Shown here piece by piece: positions 1 through 9,525 of a stretch of 64,000 nucleotides of DNA; position 1 is the stretch's first letter, and every line of letters starts with the position of its first letter. Source of the stretch: a virus. Under the pieces are notes generated by a model that saw only the letters and a list, made by a program, of their open reading frames with translations, was not told where the DNA came from and did no database searches. The position numbers and the translations under genes are program-made. Location: positions 1 to 64,000 of IMG/VR virus record IMGVR_UViG_3300032561_000012; one strand, 5' to 3'.

Positions 1-1257
1 AGCCACAACCTGCATATAAGGGCTACGATCCCACCCAGGAGGCATATCGAAGTACTCGTGAACAAGCTCCTCAAGTATAACAGGCGCAAAAGGTCTAAAC
101 TTTTGTCTACGTTTGATTTCATTTACTTGATCCTTAATGTCTGGACCTCTAGGGTCCGCTAATAAACTACGGTTACCAAGGGCTCTAGGTCCAAACTCTG
201 CCCGCCCGCTGGCTACCCCAACAATTTTGTTAGTAACCAACTCGGAAATGATATCTTTAACAGGATAACGGCCAGCAATATTAGTGCCCAAGAAAGCATT
301 ATCCCAAACCAATCTTCTGCCCACTGCCATTGCAGCCGCGCCAAGGCTACTGCCAGCATCACCAGGATTAGGCATAATCCAAATGTTATCAAAATACTCT
401 CCTAGAATTCTATTTGCACTACAGTTAAGTGCTACTCCGCCGCAGTATACTAAATTTTCACTATAACCAATATCACTGGCTTTAATCATTATATTACCAA
501 TTAAGTCTTCTGTCAACTCTTGTACCTGCGCGGCCATGTCCATAGGGTCATTGGGATAGACTATGTCATCAGTTAATCCTAGGTGTAGATTCTGTTTGAA
601 CACGATGTTTTTTTCATCGTGTAATAGAGATGCTCTTAGTCGCAAACTACGAAGATCTACCACCTGACCCCATCCAGCCATGCCCATTAAGATATATTCT
701 TCATCTAGTGGTTTGAGTCCAGCTTGCTTGGTAAAGGCACTGTACATCAGACCAATGCTGTGCGGATACTTTTGCCCCCACAATTTTTTATACACGGCCT
801 TGCCACGGTCATCATAGTAACTATGCCAGATACTAATAGTGTCCCACTCGCCTATTGCATCAATGACAACCACCGTGGCATCTGTAAATGAGCTTGTTTG
901 AAAACCTGCGGCCGCATGTGTTAAGTGATGGTTGTAACTCTTAATAGGTAATTTATCTAGACTTAACTTAGGTAATTGTTGTTTTAATATACCTGAGACA
1001 GTCCATGGTGTTTTTAATTCACTCCACTGGCCAGCATACAATTGACGAGCCTTTTTAACCCACGGACGCTCATAGTATGCTATACGGTCTATGGATCCAT
1101 ACTTAAGCGCATCTTTGATTAATGGTTCATTTAAGTTACTGTCGTGTTTACGTTTGCTGTATCGTTCAGCATGTCCAGCAAACAGTATCTTCCCATCATC
1201 ATTGATGAGAGTTACTGCCGCATCATGAAACCCCGCAGAAATTCCTAAGATATTCAT
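1..1257 (-). CDS. NodU/CmcH-family carbamoyltransferase, 3' end beyond window; not in ORF track
   Basis: Manual translation from ATG 1257: MNILGISAGFHDAAV...HAERYSKRKHD, HHLTHAAAGF, DAIGEWD, GGVALNC, PNPGDAGSSLGAA, GRAEFGPRALGNRSLLADPR, KRRQKFRPFAP. Confidence 0.93.
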   Translation of the reverse strand, partial: MNILGISAGFHDAAVTLINDDGKILFAGHAERYSKRKHDSNLNEPLIKDALKYGSIDRIAYYERPWVKKARQLYAGQWSELKTPWTVSGILKQQLPKLSLDKLPIKSYNHHLTHAAAGFQTSSFTDATVVVIDAIGEWDTISIWHSYYDDRGKAVYKKLWGQKYPHSIGLMYSAFTKQAGLKPLDEEYILMGMAGWGQVVDLRSLRLRASLLHDEKNIVFKQNLHLGLTDDIVYPNDPMDMAAQVQELTEDLIGNIMIKASDIGYSENLVYCGGVALNCSANRILGEYFDNIWIMPNPGDAGSSLGAAAMAVGRRLVWDNAFLGTNIAGRYPVKDIISELVTNKIVGVASGRAEFGPRALGNRSLLADPRGPDIKDQVNEIKRRQKFRPFAPVILEELVHEYFDMPPGWDRSPYMQVVA

Positions 1258-1984
1258 ATATTATTTTTTCAGCCTCAACGTGTGCAGGTTCCAATGGATG
1301 TGTAGTAGCAAAAGGAAATTTGTTCTGTTCTGCCCATTCATAAAACCCTAGGTTTGTAGGAAACCACATCCAATTACGATAATTTAATTGCTGTAATAAA
1401 GTAGTCAGTGTTGCATCATTTTTAAAATGACTGGTGTTATTCAAACTATGATCTACCATGGTAAACAGATAAGGTATTTTTTTCAATTCTAAATATTGTT
1501 GCATCATAACTATCTCGCATAATGATGCGTATAATTCCCAATATTCAAATGTACCTACATAGTGATAAAATACTTTGGCAAACTGAAATATTCCTTTTTC
1601 TTTATCTTTGGCTATTTTAGACACATGCCAGTCAAAGACCACAGGATTATCGTTGTGAAAGTATTCTTTAATAGACTTTGAATCGTCTATTATAGACCAT
1701 GAAGTTAACTGTTCCCACTCGTCTGCAATTCTAAATTCGTATCTTCCAGGAAATGTCCAAGTAATTAACACTAAGCCAATATCATCTTTCATTGCTTCGC
1801 AGGCATTCATAGTTTCTCTGCGTATAGCACTATTTGATCTACCTGGCATTGCCGCGCAATGATAGTCCATGCTTAGACGTTTGGCCAGCAGTGCTGGATA
1901 TGTATGTTGGCTAGGACAAAACTTGCAGTCAGCAAGTTCATTGCCGTAGGTAAAACTATCACCGCCAGCAATTAACGTAGCCAC
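1223..1984 (-). CDS. SGNH/GDSL-like hydrolase or acyltransferase
   Basis: N-terminal GGDSFTYG, block II-like PGRSN, C-terminal TTHPLE. Confidence 0.7.
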   Translation of the reverse strand: MATLIAGGDSFTYGNELADCKFCPSQHTYPALLAKRLSMDYHCAAMPGRSNSAIRRETMNACEAMKDDIGLVLITWTFPGRYEFRIADEWEQLTSWSIIDDSKSIKEYFHNDNPVVFDWHVSKIAKDKEKGIFQFAKVFYHYVGTFEYWELYASLCEIVMMQQYLELKKIPYLFTMVDHSLNNTSHFKNDATLTTLLQQLNYRNWMWFPTNLGFYEWAEQNKFPFATTHPLEPAHVEAEKIIYEYLRNFCGVS

Positions 1985-2616
1985 GACAGTTGTTCCATAT
2001 AATTGTAAATTTTGTCTGCTACCCTAGCATGTCCTTGTTCTAAAAAATGCTTACGAGGACCTTGAGGTGTACTGTCAGTCCATTCCATCATTGACTGATC
2101 AGGCCACCCTAGAAAATATTTTAATTCAATTTGACCTATTAGATCTTTATGCACAAGACTTTTTCTTTCTGTACTCTGATGATTTCCAAATGCGTCTAAC
2201 ATCAGATATTTTTTATTATGTGTTTTTAAATAGTTTTGTAATAATATATTGTTAATCAAATACTGTCTATATAGGTATTGGTCATTGTGATTCCAATTGA
2301 TATGATCTATTAGCCATTTTCTCCAAGGTGCTAGATGCTCATGTGGCAGTGGGCTACACCCTGGCCATAGGTCATATGTACCCGCACTGTCTGACCATTC
2401 TATCCTAGCAAAATGGCTCCATGCTATGACTACCATATCATAGTTATTAATTTGTTCTATACAGGTTCTAACCATACGAGTATTGCCAGTCCCTGGTTTT
2501 GCTAAGTTAGTTACTTCATAGCCTATTTTTTCTGCCAATAGATAAGGCCAAGCAGAATTTAAATCTGCTAGTTCTTCCCCGTAGGTAAAACTATCTCCAA
2601 CTGTTAATAATCGCAT
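1972..2616 (-). CDS. SGNH/GDSL-like protein
   Basis: VGDSFTYG, NLAKPGTGN, C-terminal KHFLEQGH. Confidence 0.7.
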   Translation of the reverse strand: MRLLTVGDSFTYGEELADLNSAWPYLLAEKIGYEVTNLAKPGTGNTRMVRTCIEQINNYDMVVIAWSHFARIEWSDSAGTYDLWPGCSPLPHEHLAPWRKWLIDHINWNHNDQYLYRQYLINNILLQNYLKTHNKKYLMLDAFGNHQSTERKSLVHKDLIGQIELKYFLGWPDQSMMEWTDSTPQGPRKHFLEQGHARVADKIYNYMEQLSWLR

Positions 2617-2717
2617 TATTTGTAAATAAAAGGATCTCTTTTACGAAGTTCTTTTAACTTCTTACGATAGTGTAATTCTAATTTGATACGATTATAAAGA
2701 TTTCGTAACCACTTCAT
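2616..2717 (-). CDS. 33-aa basic micropeptide MKWLRNLYNRIKLELHYRKKLKELRKRDPFIYK; not in ORF track
   Basis: AAGGAGA RBS upstream; TAATG stop/start overlap with the next gene; fills the gap exactly. Confidence 0.75.
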   Translation of the reverse strand: MKWLRNLYNRIKLELHYRKKLKELRKRDPFIYK

Positions 2718-3255
2718 TGAATTTCTCCTTAAGTAATTCATGCGCAGCTAAATGTGCGGCTTCTAGAGGGTGCCCGTCTGAACCCATACTGTACTTATTT
2801 TCTATTGCCCATTGGTAAAATCCTCTTGGTCTACAGGTGTCATGAGGATCTGTTCCTGCCGGAAACATATACCAATGGTCCCACGCTATCTGCGGATTAT
2901 CAGAGACTACACAGTTATCTACACAGGTAAACAAATAAGGAATATTATTCAATGTTAAATAATTTTGCAGTTCTAGTATTTCACTGTCACTGTCTAATTT
3001 GTTGTCTCTACTAGGCCAACTCCAACATACTATCACTAGGTGTTTGAGGTTAAATTCAACCAGTGGCATACAAGTATCTATCACTCTACGACATATTTCT
3101 TTATTGCCCAACCCAGGATATGCTGAGCACACATAGTTATTACCTGACAGCAGCGCCGTGAATGTTTTACGGCTGTAACCATCAGGCCCGCCATGTGGGC
3201 TGTCTGCAAGCTCACTGCCCCATATATGACTATCACCCCCTGCTACTGTAATCAT
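2692..3255 (-). CDS. SGNH/GDSL-like protein
   Basis: GGDSHIWG, YPGLGN, C-terminal DGHPLEAAH; paralog of 1223-1984. Confidence 0.7.
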   Translation of the reverse strand: MITVAGGDSHIWGSELADSPHGGPDGYSRKTFTALLSGNNYVCSAYPGLGNKEICRRVIDTCMPLVEFNLKHLVIVCWSWPSRDNKLDSDSEILELQNYLTLNNIPYLFTCVDNCVVSDNPQIAWDHWYMFPAGTDPHDTCRPRGFYQWAIENKYSMGSDGHPLEAAHLAAHELLKEKFNEVVTKSL

Positions 3256-4399
3256 ATCCTGGTTTCATCATTGCTATTTGTTGTTGTTTATAGTCTGAAT
3301 CTGTCCAACAATAGTCAAAAGTATTAGCAATTCCATTGACTTCTATACGGTATATGTCTAGGTAGTTTGACATCTTAGTCCAGATCTCTTCAATGTTGTC
3401 AGTACCAAAACTGGCCATTAGATCTACACGACCAATTGGCAAATATCCTAAACTTAGTTTAGTGTCTGCAGGATCCAAATTGTTATCCACTAGCCATTGA
3501 GTAAATTCTGCTTGCTCTTTATCATGCCAAGGATACTTGCCGCCCTTGGTAACATCACGACTCCACTCTACATCAAATTCACCACTGTAATATTGTAGCT
3601 GTGTGATAGCGTCACAGACTGTACGATCCAAATTTGGGGCATGCTCATCACGCCATACTTCAAATAGAGTTTTGCCTATTTGTGTCCAATGCATATAGAC
3701 TCTGCCAAATTCTCTATCATACCCATTAGATAAAAATCCTTGACGATGTTGGTCTAATAGTGGATAGCGTTTGACTAACGGAAAAGTAGTTATCTGACTA
3801 GGGCGTATCCAGTCTGGGGCCATGGCTTTTTTACGTTGGCTTAGTATTAGGTTTTCTAACTCATGACATATGGTATTCAATTCGCGTATTGCATACTTTG
3901 TTTCATAGTCAGCATATTTGTAGTAGGGGCTTAAGTTATCCACAGTGCCCTGTAACAATTCAAAATGATTATGCAGTTGATTTAATATACCATGTTTTGG
4001 ACTCAATCCAATATTAGCATCATCTTTGATGTATAGATCAGGTAGATTATATTCAGCTGGAAACCTTACAGTATTTGGATGAAACCATTCTTCAATGATA
4101 TAAGGGCGCAGACCGTGATCTTGCCACACTTTAGTTTGATTAAATCTATTAATGGTTTCAATTGATGTGTTTAATTCACTGCAAAGAAACTCTAATGTAC
4201 GTTTGCTGTCAGGCCAACCTAGAAAACAAAAGTTTTTTTCTAAAAGTAGTTTTGAATTGAGTATTTCTTGTAGTGCTGATATCCAATCTTGTGCAAGTTT
4301 GTGATCATCAGCAATGATATAATAGTCAAGAAAATCCGTTTTGTCTAACGGATTGCGTAGAGTTACTTTAACCGATTGATTGGTACCATTCAAATACAT
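3233..4399 (-). CDS. Hypothetical protein (388 aa) in the radical SAM cluster
   Basis: Long ORF overlapping both neighbours; no motif recognised. Confidence 0.6.
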   Translation of the reverse strand: MYLNGTNQSVKVTLRNPLDKTDFLDYYIIADDHKLAQDWISALQEILNSKLLLEKNFCFLGWPDSKRTLEFLCSELNTSIETINRFNQTKVWQDHGLRPYIIEEWFHPNTVRFPAEYNLPDLYIKDDANIGLSPKHGILNQLHNHFELLQGTVDNLSPYYKYADYETKYAIRELNTICHELENLILSQRKKAMAPDWIRPSQITTFPLVKRYPLLDQHRQGFLSNGYDREFGRVYMHWTQIGKTLFEVWRDEHAPNLDRTVCDAITQLQYYSGEFDVEWSRDVTKGGKYPWHDKEQAEFTQWLVDNNLDPADTKLSLGYLPIGRVDLMASFGTDNIEEIWTKMSNYLDIYRIEVNGIANTFDYCWTDSDYKQQQIAMMKPGYDYSSRG

Positions 4400-5702
4400 C
4401 GCGTCTTTCCAATAAAATATCAGCCAAAATTAAGTCATCTTGGCGAATCGTTTCTAATTGTAACACACGATGCTTGCCTTTGTCAAGAGCAATCTGCCAT
4501 TCATTGGGCCACTGTTCTTGGAAGGTTGGGCGAGTTTTAAGCTGTATTAACATGTCCCTAAGTTGGCTATTTGCTAGTCCAATGCTATCGGGTCCGCCAT
4601 CCAAAAGTTCATCTATCCAAGGGTGTAATATTGACTTGGGTAGGGCCAAGGGTGACATGATAATATTAGGGCTAAAACTAAAGACAACTTTGGCTAAGAT
4701 GTCTACACCCAATTCTGTTGCTAACTGCTCAATATTACGAAGTTCAAACATACCCGGCAGGGTAAGTGTGAAGTCTAACCTCATCTGACGGCGGTGCGTA
4801 GCGATTCCAAGGCCTTCCTTAAAGTTATCAACCCACGCTTGATAGTCGAGACCTGTGCGTATATATTCTCCAATTCTGCCTGTACCATCAAGGCTTGCAC
4901 ATATTTGCCAGTCACGTAGCCTGCTGAGAATATCAGTATAGAGATTGACGCCGCGATAATTGACGCGACTAAGATTTGTGTTGTATCTAGCATAAACATT
5001 TTTACCATCTCCCAGTTCAACAATGCGCTGCATATAGCGCCAATGTTGTTCGTACATCAAGGGCTCACCGCCAACCCAATATACTTCCTCGATTTGATGA
5101 TTCTCTACCGCAGATGAAAATTCTTCTTCAATCTGCCCGTCCTGGAATGCTTCAATTTGACGTTTGATAGTAGGCTGCATCCAATTATTCTTTGGATCAC
5201 CCCAATTGATCATGTTATGTTGTCTTTGTTCACTCTCCCACGCACTAGACAACATATCACCGCACATACGACACTTAAAGTTGCAGAGATTACTAAAACG
5301 ATAATCCCAACTTACAGGCCGCATAGTTGTCGTTCCCTCTGCGTCTGTAGTGTCCCATATACTATTGTACTTATGAGCAAACAGTTGATCAAAATAACTA
5401 CGGTAAACGCTTGTGTTCAATAATTTATCATTGCAGACTTCACATTCAGGTAAGGTTTCACCTGCCATCATACGCACACGCACATCTTTCATATGTTCGC
5501 TGTTCCAGTGTTCCTCTAGAGTAATAGGAATATACTTGCCTGTACCACTAGCAGTGTCAATATACTGTTTAAAGTTTTGTGCAGGCTCGCGACTAGCACA
5601 ACACATTCGTCGCTCAGTCTGCGGACTTAGGTATGTGTGTACCCAAGGTGCTAGGCAAAGTGTCTTAGGTTTGTCCATATCCCATGGCCTTGGCAATTTC
5701 AT
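4368..5702 (-). CDS. Radical SAM enzyme with N-terminal twitch-like domain (start probably the downstream MDKPKT)
   Basis: CLAPW...MCC...CEVC, then CNFKCRMC, GGEPL, YNTN. Confidence 0.9.
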   Translation of the reverse strand: MKLPRPWDMDKPKTLCLAPWVHTYLSPQTERRMCCASREPAQNFKQYIDTASGTGKYIPITLEEHWNSEHMKDVRVRMMAGETLPECEVCNDKLLNTSVYRSYFDQLFAHKYNSIWDTTDAEGTTTMRPVSWDYRFSNLCNFKCRMCGDMLSSAWESEQRQHNMINWGDPKNNWMQPTIKRQIEAFQDGQIEEEFSSAVENHQIEEVYWVGGEPLMYEQHWRYMQRIVELGDGKNVYARYNTNLSRVNYRGVNLYTDILSRLRDWQICASLDGTGRIGEYIRTGLDYQAWVDNFKEGLGIATHRRQMRLDFTLTLPGMFELRNIEQLATELGVDILAKVVFSFSPNIIMSPLALPKSILHPWIDELLDGGPDSIGLANSQLRDMLIQLKTRPTFQEQWPNEWQIALDKGKHRVLQLETIRQDDLILADILLERRDVFEWYQSIG

Positions 5703-6849
5703 TGTGTGAGTTTAAGAAACTTTGTTCTCTATATTTGTCCGTGGTCTGCATTTTTTGCAAAAATTCTTCACCGTCACTGCCTTGACCATTACGAATAAAT
5801 TTCACTATACGCATGATCTCTGCACGATGCTTGGGATGAAACTGATGATTTTCTAATCTATCGATCACTAACGCCTGCGCCGCGGGAGTCATGCGGCTGA
5901 TACACATGTGCCAGGGATCATGTAACATATTAAAGTATACATGATCAAATGTTTGGTCTTCAATCCAACGACAAATCTCTGGCAGATAGTAGACATTTTG
6001 TATGTTTACTGTTAGACATAACTGTGTTGAAAATTTAGCACTACGCATTGAATTAAATTTAACTAAATTGTTTTGTACTATATTCCAATCAGCGCCATAA
6101 CGCTCATATTCAAATCGTTCTTTAGTATTGTCAATGCTAAATGCTACTTCAACATGTTTAAAATGACTCCATATGTTATAGCAGTCAGGAAACACAGTGC
6201 CATTGGTGTTGTAGTGTATTTCAATATTTTTAGCATAGTCGTGATCTACAGCATATTGTAATAGATCAAAATGCTGTTGAATAAGGAAAGGTTCGCCACC
6301 TGTGAATTCAAAGTATTTAATGTTAGGCAGTAGAGCTTTTAGGTTATCCCAGAATTGAGGATTTTCTCTAGGCCAAGCACCATCAGTGAGAAACTTGTAA
6401 GCAAGATGTTCTTTACGATTAATACCTGGTACGTAGTCCATCTCTTCTTTAGCCCACTTACTACTTGACCAACTTCCACAAATACGGCACTTAAGATTAC
6501 AGATATTGCCCAACTTAAGGTCAATAAACCACAACTGATCAGGATTGACATTGTTAAAATCCACAAGATCATAGTATTCCTTTAGTCTAATGCGACTGTT
6601 CATGCGCTTGCTAGTACGTCCAGCGGCTTCTTCATCCCAGCAACGCTGGCAGGTACTAGGCTTATTACCAGCGAGAAAATCCTTGCGTAGATCCTGCATG
6701 TAGTCACTGTGATATATTTCTTCAAGAGTATGCTCTCTGAGATTATACCCAGAGATTTCATCTTTGGCTAAACAGCAAGGACGAGCTGTGCCTATAGGAC
6801 TGGTTTCAATACTAATCCAAGGTAGCATACAAATTTTTTCAGGCAACAT
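5665..6849 (-). CDS. Radical SAM enzyme with N-terminal twitch-like domain
   Basis: CMLPW...PCC...CQRC, then CNLKCRIC, TGGEPF, YNTNG. Confidence 0.9.
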   Translation of the reverse strand: MLPEKICMLPWISIETSPIGTARPCCLAKDEISGYNLREHTLEEIYHSDYMQDLRKDFLAGNKPSTCQRCWDEEAAGRTSKRMNSRIRLKEYYDLVDFNNVNPDQLWFIDLKLGNICNLKCRICGSWSSSKWAKEEMDYVPGINRKEHLAYKFLTDGAWPRENPQFWDNLKALLPNIKYFEFTGGEPFLIQQHFDLLQYAVDHDYAKNIEIHYNTNGTVFPDCYNIWSHFKHVEVAFSIDNTKERFEYERYGADWNIVQNNLVKFNSMRSAKFSTQLCLTVNIQNVYYLPEICRWIEDQTFDHVYFNMLHDPWHMCISRMTPAAQALVIDRLENHQFHPKHRAEIMRIVKFIRNGQGSDGEEFLQKMQTTDKYREQSFLNSHNEIAKAMGYGQT

Positions 6850-8152
6850 AAGTTCTCAATGTTTGTAATTCTGGGAATGTAGCTTCAAATGATTCTTTAC
6901 GATACGCATCATGTATGTCGTTCACACGAAAGAATTCACCTAGTAAATGTGTTTTAGAATTGTTTTGGTACATAAAGTTAATTATGCCTTCATAGCCACT
7001 GACTGCACGCTTTAAATGGTCCTGGGGTGTCAGCCACTCAATATGGTCAACAATCTTATTGCGTATGTGATCTTTTAATACACTAGGCAGTACATCAATT
7101 CTGTCGCGCTCTGGACCTTGTAGAATATTAATATTCCAGTCTTGTGCTTTGATGTATCCTTTATTGACCCACTCTCGATGAAAGTCAGGTAAGTGATGTA
7201 CATTGTATAGGCTAACTGTACTACTTACATAAAAGTCTGTAGTTGGGCATACTTCCAACATCTGTTCACGATTGCGTTCAATTTGATCCCATTTAGTACC
7301 TTTACGAATATATTCAGCACGTGGACCCATAGCATCCAAACTAGCACCAACACTGACATTCTTGAACAGCTTCCAATAGTCAAGTACATTATCATCTTTT
7401 AAGTTTAAGCGACTAAAGTTTGTGTTATAGATTAGCTTAACATCAAACATTTCACGTTTAACTAGTTCTTTAAGTATACGATAATGCTCTTCCATCATCA
7501 TGGGTTCGCCGCCAGCAAAGTATACCTGTTCTAAGTAAGGTATATGTGGTTCTAACTGTTCCCACATGTCTAATTCAGTGCGACCTGCAAACATGATCTT
7601 AGGATAGTTACGTTTGCCGTATAGGTCTTCTTCCTCAGTGTACCAACTTGAACTAAACCAACCACCACAGGTTCTGCAGGTAAAGTTACATAGGTTACTA
7701 AACCGCACATCATAGTAGCGTAACTTAAAGTCGTCATATGAGCCATCTGGTTTAGTAGCATCAACTAGACCAATATGATGACCAAAGTTTTTATTAGTAC
7801 TGTTACGCATACTCATAAATCCTGATGCTTCTTGTTCGTAGCACTTAGTACATTCTTTGCATGGTTTTTCTGCTAGCATATTTGCACGCATTTCTTTATA
7901 TGCAGATTGATTCCACACTACTTCCATACTATCTTGTTTAAAGTTGCCAATTGGATATTTGTCATCGCCCAAACAACAAGGATAAGCACGACCATCAGGA
8001 AAGGCATGCATGTGTATCCAAGGAATCATACAGAATCGATCACTAGCAGTTAGGCGATCTAACTGATCAGGTCGTAGATCAGCTTCATCTATATACACAG
8101 GCTTGCGTGTATGATAGTTATGATTTTTATAATATTCTGTTTCTTTACTCAT
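6839..8152 (-). CDS. Radical SAM enzyme with N-terminal twitch-like domain
   Basis: CMIPW...PCC...CTKC, then CNFTCRTC, AGGEPM, YNTN. Confidence 0.9.
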   Translation of the reverse strand: MSKETEYYKNHNYHTRKPVYIDEADLRPDQLDRLTASDRFCMIPWIHMHAFPDGRAYPCCLGDDKYPIGNFKQDSMEVVWNQSAYKEMRANMLAEKPCKECTKCYEQEASGFMSMRNSTNKNFGHHIGLVDATKPDGSYDDFKLRYYDVRFSNLCNFTCRTCGGWFSSSWYTEEEDLYGKRNYPKIMFAGRTELDMWEQLEPHIPYLEQVYFAGGEPMMMEEHYRILKELVKREMFDVKLIYNTNFSRLNLKDDNVLDYWKLFKNVSVGASLDAMGPRAEYIRKGTKWDQIERNREQMLEVCPTTDFYVSSTVSLYNVHHLPDFHREWVNKGYIKAQDWNINILQGPERDRIDVLPSVLKDHIRNKIVDHIEWLTPQDHLKRAVSGYEGIINFMYQNNSKTHLLGEFFRVNDIHDAYRKESFEATFPELQTLRTYVA

Positions 8153-9525
8153 AGAGTATCATACCATTCAGCTAATTGTGGAAAGGTATGTCTGAAGTCT
8201 TTGCCACGTCGTTGATCATACTGTTCATAGAAGTTCTTAAAGTCACGTTGTAATACTTCACGTGATAATGCACCACTGTGTGGACTATCTACTGTCTGTA
8301 GGTATTCAACCAATCTATCAAGTTGATTGAATTCATATTCGTGTAGATATTCACGGGCAGCATTTCCAAATCGTCCTAGTTCATGGGCAAACTCTACACG
8401 CATCTCTAAAGGCAATATCAATGGACTTTGGAAACTAGGGAATCGTAAAATGTTTAGGCTAAAGTTGATACTATCTTTGCCGTATTTCTTTTTAAGATTT
8501 ACAATGCTCCATAAAAATTCAGTTAGACTTGGTAAGCATAGGGCATTGATGGTACACATAACATGTAGGCCGCGCAATTTACCACTATCCAATAGATAAC
8601 TAACATTGCTAGCCCACTGATTCCAATCCAAGCCATCACGTATATAAATTGCGTGACGACCAATACTTTCATTGCTGGTGTACAAATCAAGTTCAATACC
8701 TTGTGTGGCATCTAATAGTCTCTCCAACTTATCTTGTTCAAATCCTAGGTTACTGTTAATAGCAAGTCTGGTAGAGCTTTTTCCTCTATTTGCTTGGAAC
8801 CACTCAATTAGTCTCCAAGTATATCCACTCATCAAGGGCTCTCCGCCTGTGATGCGTAGTTCTTTTAGGGTTTTGTGGAGGTCTGATTCCCACCAACGGA
8901 AGAACGCTTCCACGTAGGGATTAACTTGATCAATAGTATACAGTTGACTACTATCGTGAGTGTGAGTAAAGTGATTGCGTCCGTCAGATACGAGATGTTC
9001 ATAGGCTCCATTGCGTTTAATATCTCGTACCCAGGTAGTACTAAAAGCAGGGTTACAATAGCTACAAGCAAACTGGCATGTTCTATCGAAAGCGATTTCC
9101 AATGTTTGTAGGTCAACATCGCGATCAGGGCTAGTATTAAAAGCTTCATCTAAGTCTTTATCCTCATATATTACAGTTTTATAAACACGATCACTAATTG
9201 GCTCGGGCACATCTACCCCAGCATACTTAGGATCCTTGTACATGTCTTCAATTTTCCAGCAGTACTCACAACCCTTAGGGCGAAGTCCATCTTGCATCAA
9301 TGCACGATCATTTTTCTTTTCACGAGTGTTGTGCAGAGCTTTGGGATTAACCAATACCTGTTCAACACTGACCTGATGTGGCAATGGGTGGTGACAACTA
9401 GTAGTTTGTCCTGAACCTAACCATATAGTAGCATTGTACCATTTGGCCGCACAGAAGCTCTCTGACTTAATGTCAATTACTCTACGCTTGTATTGTAAGT
9501 CTGTTTCTTTAGCTAGCTTCGGCAT
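8149..9525 (-). CDS. Radical SAM enzyme with N-terminal twitch-like domain (CHH subtype)
   Basis: CAAKW...SCHH...CEYC, then CQFACSYC, TGGEPL, INSN. Confidence 0.9.
   Translation of the reverse strand: MPKLAKETDLQYKRRVIDIKSESFCAAKWYNATIWLGSGQTTSCHHPLPHQVSVEQVLVNPKALHNTREKKNDRALMQDGLRPKGCEYCWKIEDMYKDPKYAGVDVPEPISDRVYKTVIYEDKDLDEAFNTSPDRDVDLQTLEIAFDRTCQFACSYCNPAFSTTWVRDIKRNGAYEHLVSDGRNHFTHTHDSSQLYTIDQVNPYVEAFFRWWESDLHKTLKELRITGGEPLMSGYTWRLIEWFQANRGKSSTRLAINSNLGFEQDKLERLLDATQGIELDLYTSNESIGRHAIYIRDGLDWNQWASNVSYLLDSGKLRGLHVMCTINALCLPSLTEFLWSIVNLKKKYGKDSINFSLNILRFPSFQSPLILPLEMRVEFAHELGRFGNAAREYLHEYEFNQLDRLVEYLQTVDSPHSGALSREVLQRDFKNFYEQYDQRRGKDFRHTFPQLAEWYDTL

Noticed and set aside
284-466. 60-aa + strand ORF
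   Set aside because: Antisense shadow of the carbamoyltransferase gene on the minus strand
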